Positions 24,100 to 37,125 of a stretch of DNA of 64,000 nt are shown here, one piece after another. The position numbers and the translations under genes were made by a program. The DNA comes from Mobula hypostoma (taxonomy: Eukaryota): assembly GCF_963921235.1 (NCBI RefSeq), contig NC_086108.1, positions 96,226,001-96,290,000 on the forward strand, read 5' to 3'. The first letter of the stretch is position 1; every line of letters starts with the position of its first letter. Below the pieces are notes generated by a model. The model was not told where the DNA came from. It saw only the letters and a list, made by a program, of their open reading frames with translations, and searched no databases.

Positions 24100-25670
24100 A
24101 CTCTTTTTCTATTCCCTATTCTAGTTGCTCTCTCACCCATTCTTTTCTTCTTTTCGCCATCATTATCTGCATATCACTACCTATTGGTTCCCACCTTCTT
24201 CTATTTCTTCCATGATCCATTGTCTTCTCCTATTGTATTCCTTCTTCTTCAACCGTTTACCTGTCTGCCAATCACCTCCCAGCTTCTTATTTCATTCCCC
24301 CCTCCCCATCCACCCACCTTTCCCTTCACCTGATCTCACCTATCACCTGTCAGTTTGTATTCCTTCTCCCCCACCTTCTTATTCTGGCTTCCTCCCTCTT
24401 ATTTTCTTGATGAAGGATTTTGGCCCAAAACGTTGACTTTCTATTCTCCTCTATAGATGCTGCCTGGCCTGCTGAGTTCCTCCATTTTGTGTCTGGTGCA
24501 TAAAACTGAGGCAGTTTTATAGATGGATAATTTTACAACTGAAATGGTCAGTTCTGATGCAAGCAGAAAAAGAGAGTAACTTGAAGTTATAGAAGTCAGT
24601 ATTGAGCCTGGAAGGCTGCAACATGCCCAGGTGGAAGATGAGGTGCTATTCTTCAAACTTGTTTGGGTCTTGTTGCTGTGCAGTGGTCAAATTAAAGTGG
24701 CAGGCAACTGGAAGATCGGGGTCACACCCACAGATTGAAATCAGATATCCCACAAAATGGTCACCCAGTCTCCATTTCCTCCCTCCAAAGTCGAAGAGAT
24801 CACATTGGTCTCCCAAACACTTTCTTGTTTTGTACAAACTGTATATAATTCAGGTGTTGGTAAGCTGGGGAGGGCTTGTACTCTCAATACATAATTCTCA
24901 TAACCTTCTTTCCCCATGGATGCTGCCTGACCTGCTGCGTTTCTCCAGCATTTTGTGTGTGTTGTTCTGGATTTCCAGCATCTGCAGAATCTCTTGGGTT
25001 TAGCTTCTTTCTCAAGTTAGATAGTAGTATTAATAGGTGCTCCTCATTCAAGTTACAAATAGAAATTTCTTGGTTGTCTGTTGACTCACTTGATTCCTAC
25101 TTATAGTGAAAACTAAATTAATTCAAAATAATTTCATGATTCAGCAAGATCACATACAGCATCTTAATCAAAATCACCCAGTCAATAATACCAAATCAAT
25201 GTCGAAATGCACCTCTGCCCAACCAGAGGCATCTCTTGAAGTAACACACACAAAATGCTGGAGGAATTCTGCAGGCCAGGCAGCATCTATAGGAAAGAGT
25301 AAGTTGACGTTTCGGGCCAAGACCCTTCAGCAGGACTGGAGGAAAAAAGTTGAGGATTATAGTTAAAAGGTGGGATGGAGGGGAGGGAGAAACACAGGGT
25401 GATAGGTGAAACTGGGAGGGGGCGTGGTGAAGTAAAGAGCTGGGAAGTTGATTGGTGAAAGAGATACAGAGCTGGAGAAGGGGGAGTCTGATAAGAGAGG
25501 ACAAGGGCCATGGAAGAAAGAAAAGTGGGGGAGGAACACCAGAGGGAGGCAATGGGCGGGCAAGGAGATAAGGTTAGAGAGGGAAAAAGAGATGGGGAAT
25601 GGTGAAGGATGTTGTTCCTCCAGCCTGAGTGTGGTCTCATCACAATAGTGGAGGAGATCATGGATAGACA
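24100..25670. mobile_element. Cluster of Penelope fragments (pLTR +, old GIY-YIG -, tail +, pLTR -)
   Basis: Pyrimidine-rich pLTR 24100-24495; GIY-YIG remnant ~24580-24800; tail 24905-25000; pLTR/GIY-YIG 25242-25670 with mutated hammerhead core CTGCTGA. Confidence 0.75.
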
Positions 25671-26090
25671 TAGCTCTTGGTCAGTTTGCTTACCAGTTCT
25701 TTTGTCACAATGTCAGGTGGGAGCTTCACATCAGCCACATTATTCTGCCAAGCTAAAAATAGGTACAAAAATTAATGCAGAAGTAATTTTCCAAATTACA
25801 CTTGATACAAATCTGTTTCCATTCCCCTTATTTTGGTTCTTTGCATAGTGTTATTTTTTTTGTTTTTCTACAGTGTGGAAGACTAATATAACCTGTATTC
25901 CATTGCAAAGACACTCAAGAGTATTCACTTGATGAAAATAAATTTGTACTGCAATAAAGTAAAATATAATTAAGGGTGAAAAAACTTTTTCATAAGGTTT
26001 TTCTTTCCCCTTTACAGCTGATTTAATGTGATGTTATATATTTTAATGAGAATTTTAATGAGCTTTCCTCTTCTTGCTCCTTGGGTGTAG

Positions 26091-26393
26091 GTCTCTATAA
26101 CTAAATCTAACCCAGATATAAGTTTTGTCATCCAAACCTGCTACATTTCTCCATCATCGGACTCTGCTGCTGCTTCAGACTATGCCATCATTGAAAACAT
26201 TTGTCCAAAGGAAGAGTCTGTGACCTTCTACAGTTCGCAGAAGCTCGATTTCCTTAATGCAGAGATGGAAAAAAAGAGATTCAGCTTTATCTTTAAGCCA
26301 GTCTATAACATGTCCTTGGTTTTCCTTCATTGTGAAATTATGTTATGCAATAAAAAGGACGATGGTAGCCAAGGATTTCCTAATCTTCCCAAG
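26091..26393 (+). CDS. TGFBR3: TGFBR3 exon (ZP-C)
   Basis: tgtag|GTC...AAG|gtttgt; 303 nt; VSITKSNPDISFVIQTCYISP...IIENICPKEESVTFYS...KKRFSFIFKPVYNMSLVFLHCEIMLC...LPK. Confidence 0.96.
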
Positions 26394-27064
26394 GTTTGTT
26401 TTTATAATCAATAGAACGTAGTCTGAGTTTAAGATGTTAAAAAGTAATAAATACCAAAAAGTTGCATTGCAAGAATTATTTTTTATTAGCTGTGTTTCTT
26501 TAATGTGCTATAATAGTCATATTTCTCATCCATGATAAAAGCTGTTAGAACATTAATCCAGTTATGAATAACACAACATACAGACTCTGCCTAAACAAAA
26601 AAAAATGCTGTAGATTTGCCGAAGGCTAAAATATTTAATTTGAATCACCAGAGTGATTATGTATCTCCTGACAATTCCAAACATGTATCGTAAGTTCTGC
26701 AGTGTCATAATTAAGTTTGGGTATATGCGTGTGTGTTACCTTTTGAGAAAGTTATCAAACTTGTTTTGTACAATTGTGATCTAATGGGTTATCTATTCTA
26801 CCACCATGTGTGCAGTTAGTCTATTGGTAAACATGAATACAAATTTAAATTGGTGGCATGTAAACATTTGAGATTGATCATTGGCATATCCTGTTATTCA
26901 TTGGCAGCAAATTTACTTGTGCAAAAATTCCAGTGATAAAAGCATTCAAATCATTGGTTACTAAAATGTTATCAGTATTTGCAATTGCTGATAACATGAG
27001 ACATGATAACCATCAGGTTTGCTTGTTTTTGACCATGTATTGCTATATTTATCTCGTGCTGCAG

Positions 27065-27194
27065 TGTATTCCTCCTGATGAAGCTTGCGTTGATGTGAAT
27101 TTCCAATTAATAATGGCTATGGCAAGAAACAGGCAATCATTTACAAAGCCACTGGCAGTTGTTTCTGGAAGAATAACTCTGCCCAACCCACAAG
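27065..27194 (+). CDS. TGFBR3: TGFBR3 exon (end of ZP-C)
   Basis: tgcag|TGT...CAA G|gttagt; 130 nt; CIPPDEACVDVNFQLIMAMARNRQSFTKPLAVVSGRITLPNPQ. Confidence 0.95.
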
Positions 27195-27473
27195 GTTAGT
27201 CACCATAAAAAGCCTGACTTTGGTTTATGTGTGCCTTGGTTTGCATAATTGATGATCCACATTGGTTTATGAGATTAACGATGGCCTTCCTCCAGTTTAG
27301 GCTAACTGGCATCCCAGACTCCCTTTGGGCAATTTGGTCAGTACGGGCAAGTTGGACCAAAGGGCCTGGTACGTCCTTTCAGAAACTCTGAAATTCCTGC
27401 CCTCAACCCTCCAATCTCTCCATATCCCCTTTCATTCCTTAAATCAATCTCTGACAAAACCTCCTGTGACTCA

Positions 27474-27686
27474 AACAACAGGAATTCTGCAGATGCTGGA
27501 AATTCAAGCAACACATATCAAAGTTGCTGGTGAACGCAGCAGGCCAGGCAGCATCTCTAGGAAGAGGTACAGTCGACGTTTCAGGCTGAGACCCTTCGTC
27601 AGGTCTCGGCCTGAAACGTCGACTGTACCTCTTCCTAGAGATGCTGCCTGGCCTGCTGCGTTCACCAGCAACTTTGATGTGTGTTG
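27474..27686. mobile_element. Palindromic pLTR-derived element with 13 bp TSD
   Basis: 87 bp arms 27507-27593 and 27602-27688, 8 nt loop; TSD CTCCTGTGACTCA at 27461-27473 and 27687-27699. Confidence 0.92.
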
Positions 27687-28039
27687 CTCCTGTGACTCAG
27701 TCAGATTTAGCCTGATTTTGATCCTGTTATTAAAGAGGCCGCGTAAATTCTAGTTTTGTTGTTGTGGTAGGCATTTTCCAGCATATAGCAGAGGATAAAA
27801 GGTTCAGAACTATAAAAATTGCAATGTTCAGGAAATGTTATGTTTCAAATATGCTTCTGTTTAGACTGAAGGTAATTTTTACATTATTAAAGCATAAGGA
27901 AAATGGTTTTATGTAGTTACTCTTATCAGCTTTAACCTACAACAGTCTTCCTTTGGTCAAATACATCAATGTGACTGAATAATTTTTAGTTTGTTTATTC
28001 AGTTAGTCTTCAAATGATCTAATTTTATATAAATATAGA

Positions 28040-29125
28040 GCATAAAACATAGAAGAGTACAGCACAAGAACGGGCCACTCATCCTACAATGGTGTGCCAA
28101 ACCAGCTAAAAACCAAATCAGAAACATCAAACACTAATCCCTCCCACTTAGACAATGTTTATATCCCTCCATCTTCCTTACATCCATGTGCCTATCTAAA
28201 TGTCTCTTAAAAGCCTCTAATATATTTGCCTCTACCACCATACCAGCCATCCATGACTCACTGAGTAAAAACTTATCCCTTCCATCCCCCTTAAACTTAC
28301 CCCCTTTCACCTTCAATGCATGCCTTCTGGTATTAGACGTTTCAACCCTGGGAAACGGATACTCCCTGTCTACTCTATCTATGCCTATCATAATCTTATA
28401 AACCTCTTATCAGATCTCTCCTCAGCCTCTGGCACTCCAGAGAAAACAGCCCAAGTTTATCCAGCCTCTCATGATAGCACATGCCCTCAAAAGTAGGCAG
28501 CATCCTGGTAAACCTGTTCTGCACCCTTTCCAAAGCCCCAACATCCTTCCTATAGTGGGGCGACCAATACTCCAGATGCACCCTAACCAGAGTTTTATAG
28601 AATTACAACATAAGCTCTTGACTTTTGAACTCAGTGTCTCAATTAATAAAATAAAGCATTCTATAAGCCTTCTTAACCACCTTATCGACCTACGTAGCCA
28701 CTTTCAAGGAGCTATGAAATGGGATCCTAAGATCTCTCTGCTCAGCAACACTGTTAAGGATCTTTCCCTTAACAGTGTACTGTCTCCTTGCATTTGCCCT
28801 ACCAAGGTGCATTTATCTGGGTTAAACTCCATCTGCCATTTCTCTGCCCATATCTGCAACTGATCTATATCGCACTGTATTCTTTGTCAGTGTTCTACAC
28901 TATCCACAAAACTCCACCAATCTTGTTAACCCACAAACTTATGAACCCACCCATCTACATTTTCATCCAGGTCATTTGTATACATCACAAACTGCAGAGG
29001 TCCCAGCACAGATCCCTGCAGAACACCACTAATTACAGAGCTCCAGCTTAAATAAGCTCCTTCAACCACTACCCTCTGTCTTCCATGCGCAAGCCGGTTC
29101 TGAATCCAAACAGCCAATTCGCTGC
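28040..29125 (-). mobile_element. CR1 LINE 3' portion, disrupted
   Basis: SGVLQGSVLGP, HLEYWSPHYRKD, RHALKVKGGKFK across frames. Confidence 0.88.
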
Positions 29126-30024
29126 AGAATTTAGATTGTCCGAACTTTGAAATGGCTTCACCTATTTTCTGACTACATTAACAGAAACAACTTGCATGCT
29201 ATAACATCCATAGTAACAGCACATTCCAAGAGCAAGAAGAAAGCAATGCAAAACTTCTGAGGATTTTAAAAGATGGCAGAGAATTAGAAAAGCATAAGGG
29301 CTTTAGGATGATGTTCCAGATGTGAATGCTAAAGTGACTGAAGAGAACAGGGAAATTGAAGGCAGAAGGTAACAGTTCAGGACACAGTATAGTGCTTAAG
29401 AAGATTGTAGAGGGTGGTAGACTGGAGGAAGTGCAGAGATTTGTGAAGAAATTGTAAGTTTTACAGTGAATGTAAAAGGACAGTTTGGGTTTTGATACTA
29501 TAGATAAGAATTCAGATAATTTGGATGTCAAAGAGCAATGTTTAACAGTAAAGTCATTTGGGTGTGTGTTGGTTATTAAACTATTTAGAAGTGTATAAGA
29601 CTAAAAAGTATTGAATAATGGAAGGCCAGCAAAGAAACCATTAATTTAATTGATGTAGAATGACAAGGTTTCACTGATAATGTGGCTTTTGACCTAGAAC
29701 ACAGGCTTGAAATTTGGGTCAGAGTACACCAAGCCATCAAGGTTACATTGTCTACATTGAGTCAGTTTTCAGAGAGAGCGCTGGAATTATGGGCAGATGA
29801 ACAGGGCTCCTTGCATGAGGCTGTAAATAATGCCTTTATCTGGAAGGATTAAATATAATTGTGACATATGCTTGATTTGAATACAGGAGATCAGTGCAGT
29901 TAAGGGTTGGCTCAGAAGTAGAGTTGGGTAGCACCAGTTTGACACATGCATGGAAGATAATCCTGTTTGGAAAAGGAATGTGTTATAATGGGAGCTGGTG
30001 ATAAATAATAGCCTTTAGTTAATG

Positions 30025-30320
30025 GTACGGCCTCAGAATACAAGGACGTCCCTTTAGAACAGAGATGAGGAAAAATTTCTTCAGCCAGAGGATAGTGAAT
30101 CTATGGAATTCATTGTCACAGATGGTTGTGGAGGCCAAATCATTGAGTGTATTAAAGCAGAGGTTGATCAGTTCTTGATTAGTTAAGGCATCAAAAATTA
30201 AGGGGAGAAGGCAGGGGATTGGGGTTGAGAGGGAAAATAAATCAGCAATGATTGAATGGAGGAGCAGACTCGATAGGCTGAGTGGCCTAATTCTGCTCCT
30301 ATGTCTTACGGTGTATGTAA
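30025..30320 (+). mobile_element. CR1 3' end
   Basis: cctcagaatacaaggacgtccctttagaacagagatgagg...gggctgagtggcctaattctgctcc-type tail. Confidence 0.8.
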
Positions 30321-31454
30321 GGAAGGCTTATCGTTAGTAGAAATTTGATGGCTACATCAATGTAGTTAAATGCAACTTTATAGATCTGAAGCTGGGGTAT
30401 TTGCGAGGGAGATTAATATGATCAGCCATTTAAGGTACTTTGGAGGGGTTGAAGATAGTCAAGGGGTTATGACATACCATGTCATTTGTTAAGAGTTTGG
30501 TGCATGGTCACTGGTGACCATTGTTGAACCTGTTACTACAGAGAAGTTTCTGAGCTGGGGAGAGTTGTGCCGGCAAAGAAAGGAAGAGAAAGCAACTCTC
30601 ATCCCATCAAACAGGGAGTATCAAGAAAAACAGAAGGATCTGGATGGTCCGTCAACACAGAGGACTGTTGCCAGTCCCTGATGATGCTCCTCTTGTGTTC
30701 ATCAGGCTCTCATTGAGCTCCACCCTTCTCGTTGTACCGATCTCTGTTCTGAGTAGCCTCATTGCTCACCAAGATAATAGCTCCCTCTCCTGACCAATTC
30801 GTGGCTGAGGTGGCACAGGGCAGGGTGGTGGATTCAGTCCATTGCTGGCACAACAAGACACTGCCTGAGCAGATGTCTTTGTTAAAGCACTGGGGAGAAA
30901 TACAGGGTGACCAAAAGCCCTGTAACAGATCAGCAGTCTGCAGGCTAGAACTAAGCAGAGCACCAGTATGGAATTGTTCACAAGGAAAATGAATGAACCA
31001 TTGTTTTATGCCTTGGCAGAAATTTGAAGTTTGCTTTCTAGTGTAGATTTGTTTATTAAATTGCATTTGGATCTATTAGAATGCGGTAGCATAGCATCCT
31101 TTACTTAAAAGGATCATCGAATAGAAGGATGATCTAACCGTATATACATATGCATGCTATTATTTAAATCTGCTCCATAAAAAATGGTGTTTTAGATAAC
31201 TAAGAATAGTTAGAGAAAAATCTATAAAAGACTTTAAACAAAAGTTATGAACTGGATATTTATCTTGTTGGCAAAGCCATAAATTGACTGCGACTGGAGG
31301 TCTAATTTAGAATAATTCGTATTGTTTTTGCCTAGTCACTCTGATCACAGAGCCAGGCCACTTCCATCAATGATTTCTTTTTCCCAACCTTCAGTCAGCC
31401 GCTGATCCATTCATGATGTTTCCCTATCCCTGCTACATCCTATGTGATTATTCA

Positions 31455-31752
31455 TAAGACCATGAGATGTAGGAGTAAAATCAGGCCATTTCTTCATTGC
31501 TGATCTAATTTTCCTCTCAGCCCTAATCTCCTGACTTCTCATATCCCTTCATACCCTGACTAATATAGAACCTATCAACCTCTGCCTTAAATATAACCAA
31601 TGACTTGGCGTCCACAGTCACCTGTGGCAACATATTCCACAGATTCACCACACTCTGGCTAAAGAAATTCCTCCTCATCTCCATTCTGAAAGGATGCCCC
31701 TCTGTTCTGAGGTTGAGACCTCTGGTCTTAGAATCCCCCACCAGAGGAAACC
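31455..31752 (-). mobile_element. CR1 3' end
   Basis: FPLVGDSKTRGLNLR...RRNFFSQSVVNLWN. Confidence 0.8.
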
Positions 31753-32409
31753 AGCTGACACAAAGCACCACCCCTTCCCTTGTCCCCACATCTCTCAATA
31801 CCTTACTGCCTCTACTTTGGTCGGTACCTATTATAGATTATATGCAGTTTTATTGAAATAAGCAATAGGAAGGACAATACAATTTTCTTCACTTCTGCCA
31901 CAAACTCTGTAACTATGCATTAACACTACTCCCTTAATAGTCTGATGCAGACTATTTACAACAATTGGCATCATCTCAGGAGAAAGCAACTGATGAGGTC
32001 TACTTGGCACTCGCTTTTCAAATCTTTCCTCACTCGCCTTCCACATCCAATCCTCCAAAACTCTGAAGACATTGATGCAGCCTGGGAAAACAGGATGGTC
32101 ATCTGGATTAAATAACCACACCCCTTTATAAACAACATGTTTTCATAGCATATGGACTTTGTTTATCTGCTCTTTTATGAGAGAAACAAGCTGTACTTAT
32201 ATGGGAAACATTTGCTAAATTATTTACTTGTGTTTGTTCTACTTGGACAGTAAGAAGGAGGCAGAAATGGAAGTCTTAAATTCATTTTGCTCTCTTTTGA
32301 TTGTACGGTGTGTGATGGCATATGTTTTTGAACACTGTTAATAAATATATGTGCCTAAGACTTTTGCACAATACTGTACATTAAAAGCCATGTCTTTTTT
32401 AAAAAAATT

Positions 32410-32670
32410 ATTTGAGGTACTGCAAGGAGTAGGCCTGCCCAGCCATTCGAGCTGCACCATCAAACAACTTTCGATTTAATCCTAGCCTAAACATGGGACA
32501 ATTTTAAATGACCAGTGAACCTACCTGGTAAAGGAAACTGGAGCACCTGGAAGAACCCCACATGGTCACAGGGAGAACATACAAACTCCCCACAGAGAGT
32601 GGTGGGAATTGAACCCGGGTAACTGGTACTGCAAAGCGTTGTGCTAAAAACTACGCTGCTGTATCACCCC
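32410..32670 (-). mobile_element. V-SINE-like element
   Basis: ggaaactggagcacctggaagaacccca core; gggaattgaaccc B box on the minus strand. Confidence 0.65.
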
Positions 32671-33074
32671 ATTTTGCATATTGTTTCTACAGATCAAATC
32701 ATCATACAGTGCATTGAGGTAGAATAAGATAAAACAATGCAGAATAAAGCTACCAGAAAAGTTCAGTGAGGTAACTGATAAAGTACAAGATCATGACAAG
32801 GTACGTCATAAGGCCAAGAGTCCATCTCATTGTACAAGAGGTCCATTCAAGAGTCTAGTGGGATAGAGGCTGTCCTTGTGCCTGGTACATACTTTTATAT
32901 CTCCTGCCTGGTGGGAGAGAATGTCCGAGGTAGGTGAGGTCAGCAAGTATTGATAGAGTGGATCAGAAGAGCATTGTGATTTTGATAACTTTGGATAAAT
33001 TTCCTTCTTGAGGATGCAAGAGCAGTGGGGAAAATACTTAAAATGAAAATATTTAATGCAAACCTTGTTCTGCA

Positions 33075-33164
33075 ACGCACACAAAATGCTGGAGGAACTC
33101 AGCAGGTCAGGCAGCATCTATGGAGAAGAGTTAAACAGTCGGTATTTTGGGCCAAAACCCTTCT
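33075..33164 (-). mobile_element. Short pLTR-derived element with 10 bp TSD
   Basis: TSD TTGTTCTGCA at 33065-33074 and 33165-33174. Confidence 0.75.
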
Positions 33165-33578
33165 TTGTTCTGCATAAGTGATGATGTTAAAAAATGAGGA
33201 GAAGCAACAAGAGCGAAAACACACTATACTACCTAAAATGCAATGAAGGATTATGGTTAACTGCAGAGTTAAATCAAAACCTCTATTTACCAACCCCACC
33301 CCTCCCATTTTTCTTCAGCCAAGAGAGAGAATGGGTAGCTTCTTCCAGGCATCTGTCAAAGCCATCCTGTAAGTGAGTGATATATTTAGGCAATAGAAAT
33401 GTAGATCTGCTAGGGAGCACCATATATGCACACCAGTGTGCAACTGAGTCACGTTCTTCACTGTGATTATAGAAATATATGTTCTAATATTTTATTAAAT
33501 CTTGTTAGGTTGTCTTGTATGATGTCAGGCCAAATACAAATAATGTAATGCATATTTTTGCCTTTGTTTTCTTTGTAG

Positions 33579-33620
33579 AAAAATTTGATGTCCCACCTAA
33601 TGCAGAGAAACCTCGGCCTT
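33579..33620 (+). CDS. TGFBR3: TGFBR3 42-nt juxtamembrane micro-exon
   Basis: Strong pyrimidine tract ttttctttgtag|AA AAA...CCT T|gtaagt; EKFDVPPNAEKPRP; phase 1-1, fits between its neighbours. Confidence 0.85.
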
Positions 33621-33799
33621 GTAAGTTAAATTATTAAATATTATTTTAGCTGTACAATTGTCATGCTTATTAATTTTTTTTAGTGATAGGACAATCAAGC
33701 AGATAGTACACAAAAATGGTTCTGGGGTAGATGATCAGCCATAATCTTAGTGGATAATGGAACAAGCATAATGACTGATCCGGCTTCTATATTTCATGC

Positions 33800-34215
33800 A
33801 CTTAGTGGCTTTCAAGCATTGTGTCCATTCGCTCCAACTGCCACAAGCAGGACTTCTCAGTGGCCAAATTTTAATTCTAATTCCCATTTCCGTTACGAGA
33901 TGAGGCCACCCTCAGGGTGGAGGAGCAGCACCTTATATTCCGTCTGGATACCCTCCAACCTGATGATATGAATATTGATTTCTTCCGGTAAACAAATTCA
34001 ACCCCGCACCCCCCATTCTGACATTTTCTGACCTTTTACTACTTCTCACCTGGCTGGTTCAAGCTGCCAGGAAGGCAACGGTAACTAAAATAACCATGCA
34101 TTACAATGGTGGTGTGCAGAAGAGCATCTCTGAACCTTGAAGTGGATGGGGCTGCAGCAGCAGAAGACCATGGCAGGTTCCACTCCAGCACCTAACACAG
34201 TGGCCACAGAGTGTA
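33800..34215. mobile_element. Penelope GIY-YIG fragment followed by a Tc1-like non-autonomous DNA transposon end
   Basis: ggaggagcagcaccttatattccgtctgg; then aatggtggtgtgcagaagagcatctctgaa...gtggccacagagtgta, related to the 40780-41115 segment. Confidence 0.55.
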
Positions 34216-36022
34216 TTTTAGCTGCTTGGGATTCTTGGACAAAACTGGCTAATGACAAGTTTATTCTCATTTGCACAAGTACACGTATACAGAGGCACAA
34301 CGAAAAACCTTGTTGTAGCAGCCTCGCTCCCTCAGAGTTGTTTTCATACATTCTTTCTGATCCATTCTCTTTTGAACAGTGACTTTGTATATAATGTATT
34401 TTTGGTTTAGAAACTAGGAAACAGTTGAATTCTGTGGACTAATTCCCCTTTCTATTCAGTCTCACCCTGTCTCTAGACTCAGAAATACGAAAGAGTGTGC
34501 AAATGAAAGCATTAATTCACAACCATTTCTTTGTTTTGCTAATTAACATAGCAGCTGTATTTCAAGCCACAACTTTGCATGTACTCAGCAGCCAAAGTTA
34601 GTTAATGTTGTCAGCAGAAATATTGTGGCAGGTTTAGATCAAAGTGACATCCATCCCCAAAAGCTCACCAAAGTTTTGTACGTGAAGGGAAAGCAGAAAG
34701 AATGTGGTAGTTATATGTGAACACTGATCTCTTTGTCTGGGGCTAACAATTGGATCAGATGCCACATCTGAAGCTTCTTTCCTGTGGCTGTCCGGCTTCT
34801 CAACAAAACTAACTCAGGTGTAATATTCTAATTATCCCACATGGCATCCTTTAAATTGTCTGACCTGCTGTCCTTGTTCTGTTGATAATTATTGACTCTG
34901 TTCACACATTCACATTTATTTGTCTGATTATTGACATCTGCACATGTAATCATTCTGCTAATAGTTGATTGCTCATGGCTGTGTGTAGTACTGTCTTGGA
35001 AATTATTAGTTGCTATTGTGTTGTCTGTTATGGTATTGTCCTGTGTTTCATGCTTGGCAGTGAACCACAATATTTTCTGGTTTGTTTCACATACTGGCAA
35101 TTAAGTGATTCTGATTTTCTTAACTAATACAGTAATGCTGTTTTAGAGAAAATTAACACTAAGTACTAAACTTGCAATACTATTATTTTAAGTCCCTTAA
35201 TGAGATGATTATTATTAAAAAATGAAAGAGAATTGTGGCACAAATAATACCCCAAAAGATACTAGCGGTAGAAGCCAGCAGTGTATTTTTTTAGTCTAAC
35301 AGGATAGACTCACTGTTTGAAGTCAAGTGACTACGAAACAATAATGGATAACATGTTGTAAAAGTGGTTGTTTAATTGAACACTTTTGAGTTTATCAAGT
35401 ACATGTGAATTGGTATTTTTAATTATTTTATCTCTAGTAAATACAATTTCTACTACCTTCTAAGCTGTTTTAATTCTTGCTCACTTGGAGTCACCATTAT
35501 TGAGACTGCATTTTGTACTTCATTCTAAATCATGGTTTCAAACCTTTAATTAGGACAAAATAGATGGCAGTGAACTGAACCAGACACAAACCAGCACACA
35601 CAAATAGGGCTTTATGCACCCAATGTCTATAGGTCCTATTGTCTCCCTGTGAGCAGCTTGTGTTTAAAAAAGATATTGCATTATTCGAGACAAGGAAGCA
35701 ATCAAAGTTGTGGACAAGTTAATTGCTCAGTTATTGGCATGTGCTTGTTGCACTAAACACCAGATCAATTATCATTATTGTACTACTTGTAAATAAATCT
35801 GCACCTCTTAGAATGACATTTTGTTATTGTTATTCTAACCAAATAATATACATCATATCTACATGCAATTAAGTTAATTGCTTAACTACTTAAATATAAA
35901 TATTAATTAAATACTAGATCAACTGTCATTATGGTGCTATGTATAACTAAATATGTACACTGCAAGATAACATTTCTTTGTGAAGTATCCCAAACCTGTC
36001 ATACACTTCTTTCTTATTTCAG

Positions 36023-36130
36023 ATATAATTTATGGTCTGGATACCCCTACAGTTGTGGGAATTGCATTTGCAGCATTTGTGATTGGTGCACTTCTGACAG
36101 GAGCTTTGTGGTACATTTACTCTCATACAG
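36023..36130 (+). CDS. TGFBR3: TGFBR3 transmembrane exon
   Basis: tttcag|AT...ACA G|gtttgt; 108 nt; [36 protein letters not shown], nearly identical to the betaglycan TM helix. Confidence 0.97.
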
Positions 36131-36261
36131 GTTTGTATCTTGTTAATTATTTTAATTATCTATAGCCATGGAATAATTTTATCCTCTTTCTGTTTGGGTA
36201 CAGTCTAACAATTAATTTTTTTTTGGAAGGTTAGGGAAGGGAAGGATTCAGTTTTCTCATT

Positions 36262-36635
36262 GAAATCTATTGAATTTAGAAAGGCCTAGATAGAGTTGAC
36301 TTGGAGAGGAAATTTCCTAAAGTGGGGGACTCTAGGACCAGAGAGCACAGCCTCAGAATAGAAGGACATCCCTTCAGAAATGAGGTGTAGAGGAATTTCT
36401 TTAGCAAGAGGATGGTGAATCTGTGGAATTCATTGCCAGAAATGGATGAGGAGGCTAAGTTGTTGACTGTGTTTAAAGTGGAGGTTAATAGGTTCTTGAT
36501 TGGCAAGGGCATCAAAGATTACGGGGAGAAGGCAGGAGAATGGGGTTGAGAGGGATAATAAGTCAGCCATAATGGAATGGTGTAGCCGACTCGATGGACT
36601 GAATGGCCTAATTCTGCTGCTGTGTCTCATGGTCT
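36262..36635 (+). mobile_element. CR1 3' end
   Basis: ORF2 C-terminal remnant and ggactgaatggcctaattctgc tail. Confidence 0.8.
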
Positions 36636-36793
36636 TAAAATAGTGGTGAAGATGCAGATCCTTGTCTGCATTTGCAAAATAATATATACATTCCCAAACA
36701 ACAGGAATTCTGCAGATGCTGGAAATTCAAGCAACACACATCAAAGTTGCTGGTGAACGCAGCAGGCCAAGCAGCATCTATAGGAAGAGGTGC

Positions 36794-36829
36794 AGTCGAC
36801 GTTTCAGGCCGAGACCCTTCGTCAGGACT
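36794..36829 (-). ncRNA. Minimal hammerhead ribozyme motif
   Basis: AGTC CTGACGA AGGGTCTCGGCCT GAAAC GTC GACT on the minus strand. Confidence 0.72.
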
Positions 36830-37125
36830 AACTGAAGGAAGAGTGAGTAAGGGATTTGAAAGCTGGAGGGGGAGAGGGAGATCCAAAATGATAGGAGAAG
36901 ACAGGAGGGGGAGGGATAGAGCCGAGAGCCGGACAGGTGACAGGCGAAAGGGGATACGAGAGGATCATGGGACAGGAGGTCCGGGAAGAAAGGCAAGGAG
37001 GGGGGGGTGACCCAGAGGATGGCAAGAGGCATATTCAGAGGGACAGAGGGAGAAAAAGGAGAGTGAGAGAAAGAATGTGTGCATAAAAATGAGTAACAGA
37101 TGGGGCACGAGGGGGAGGCGGGGCC

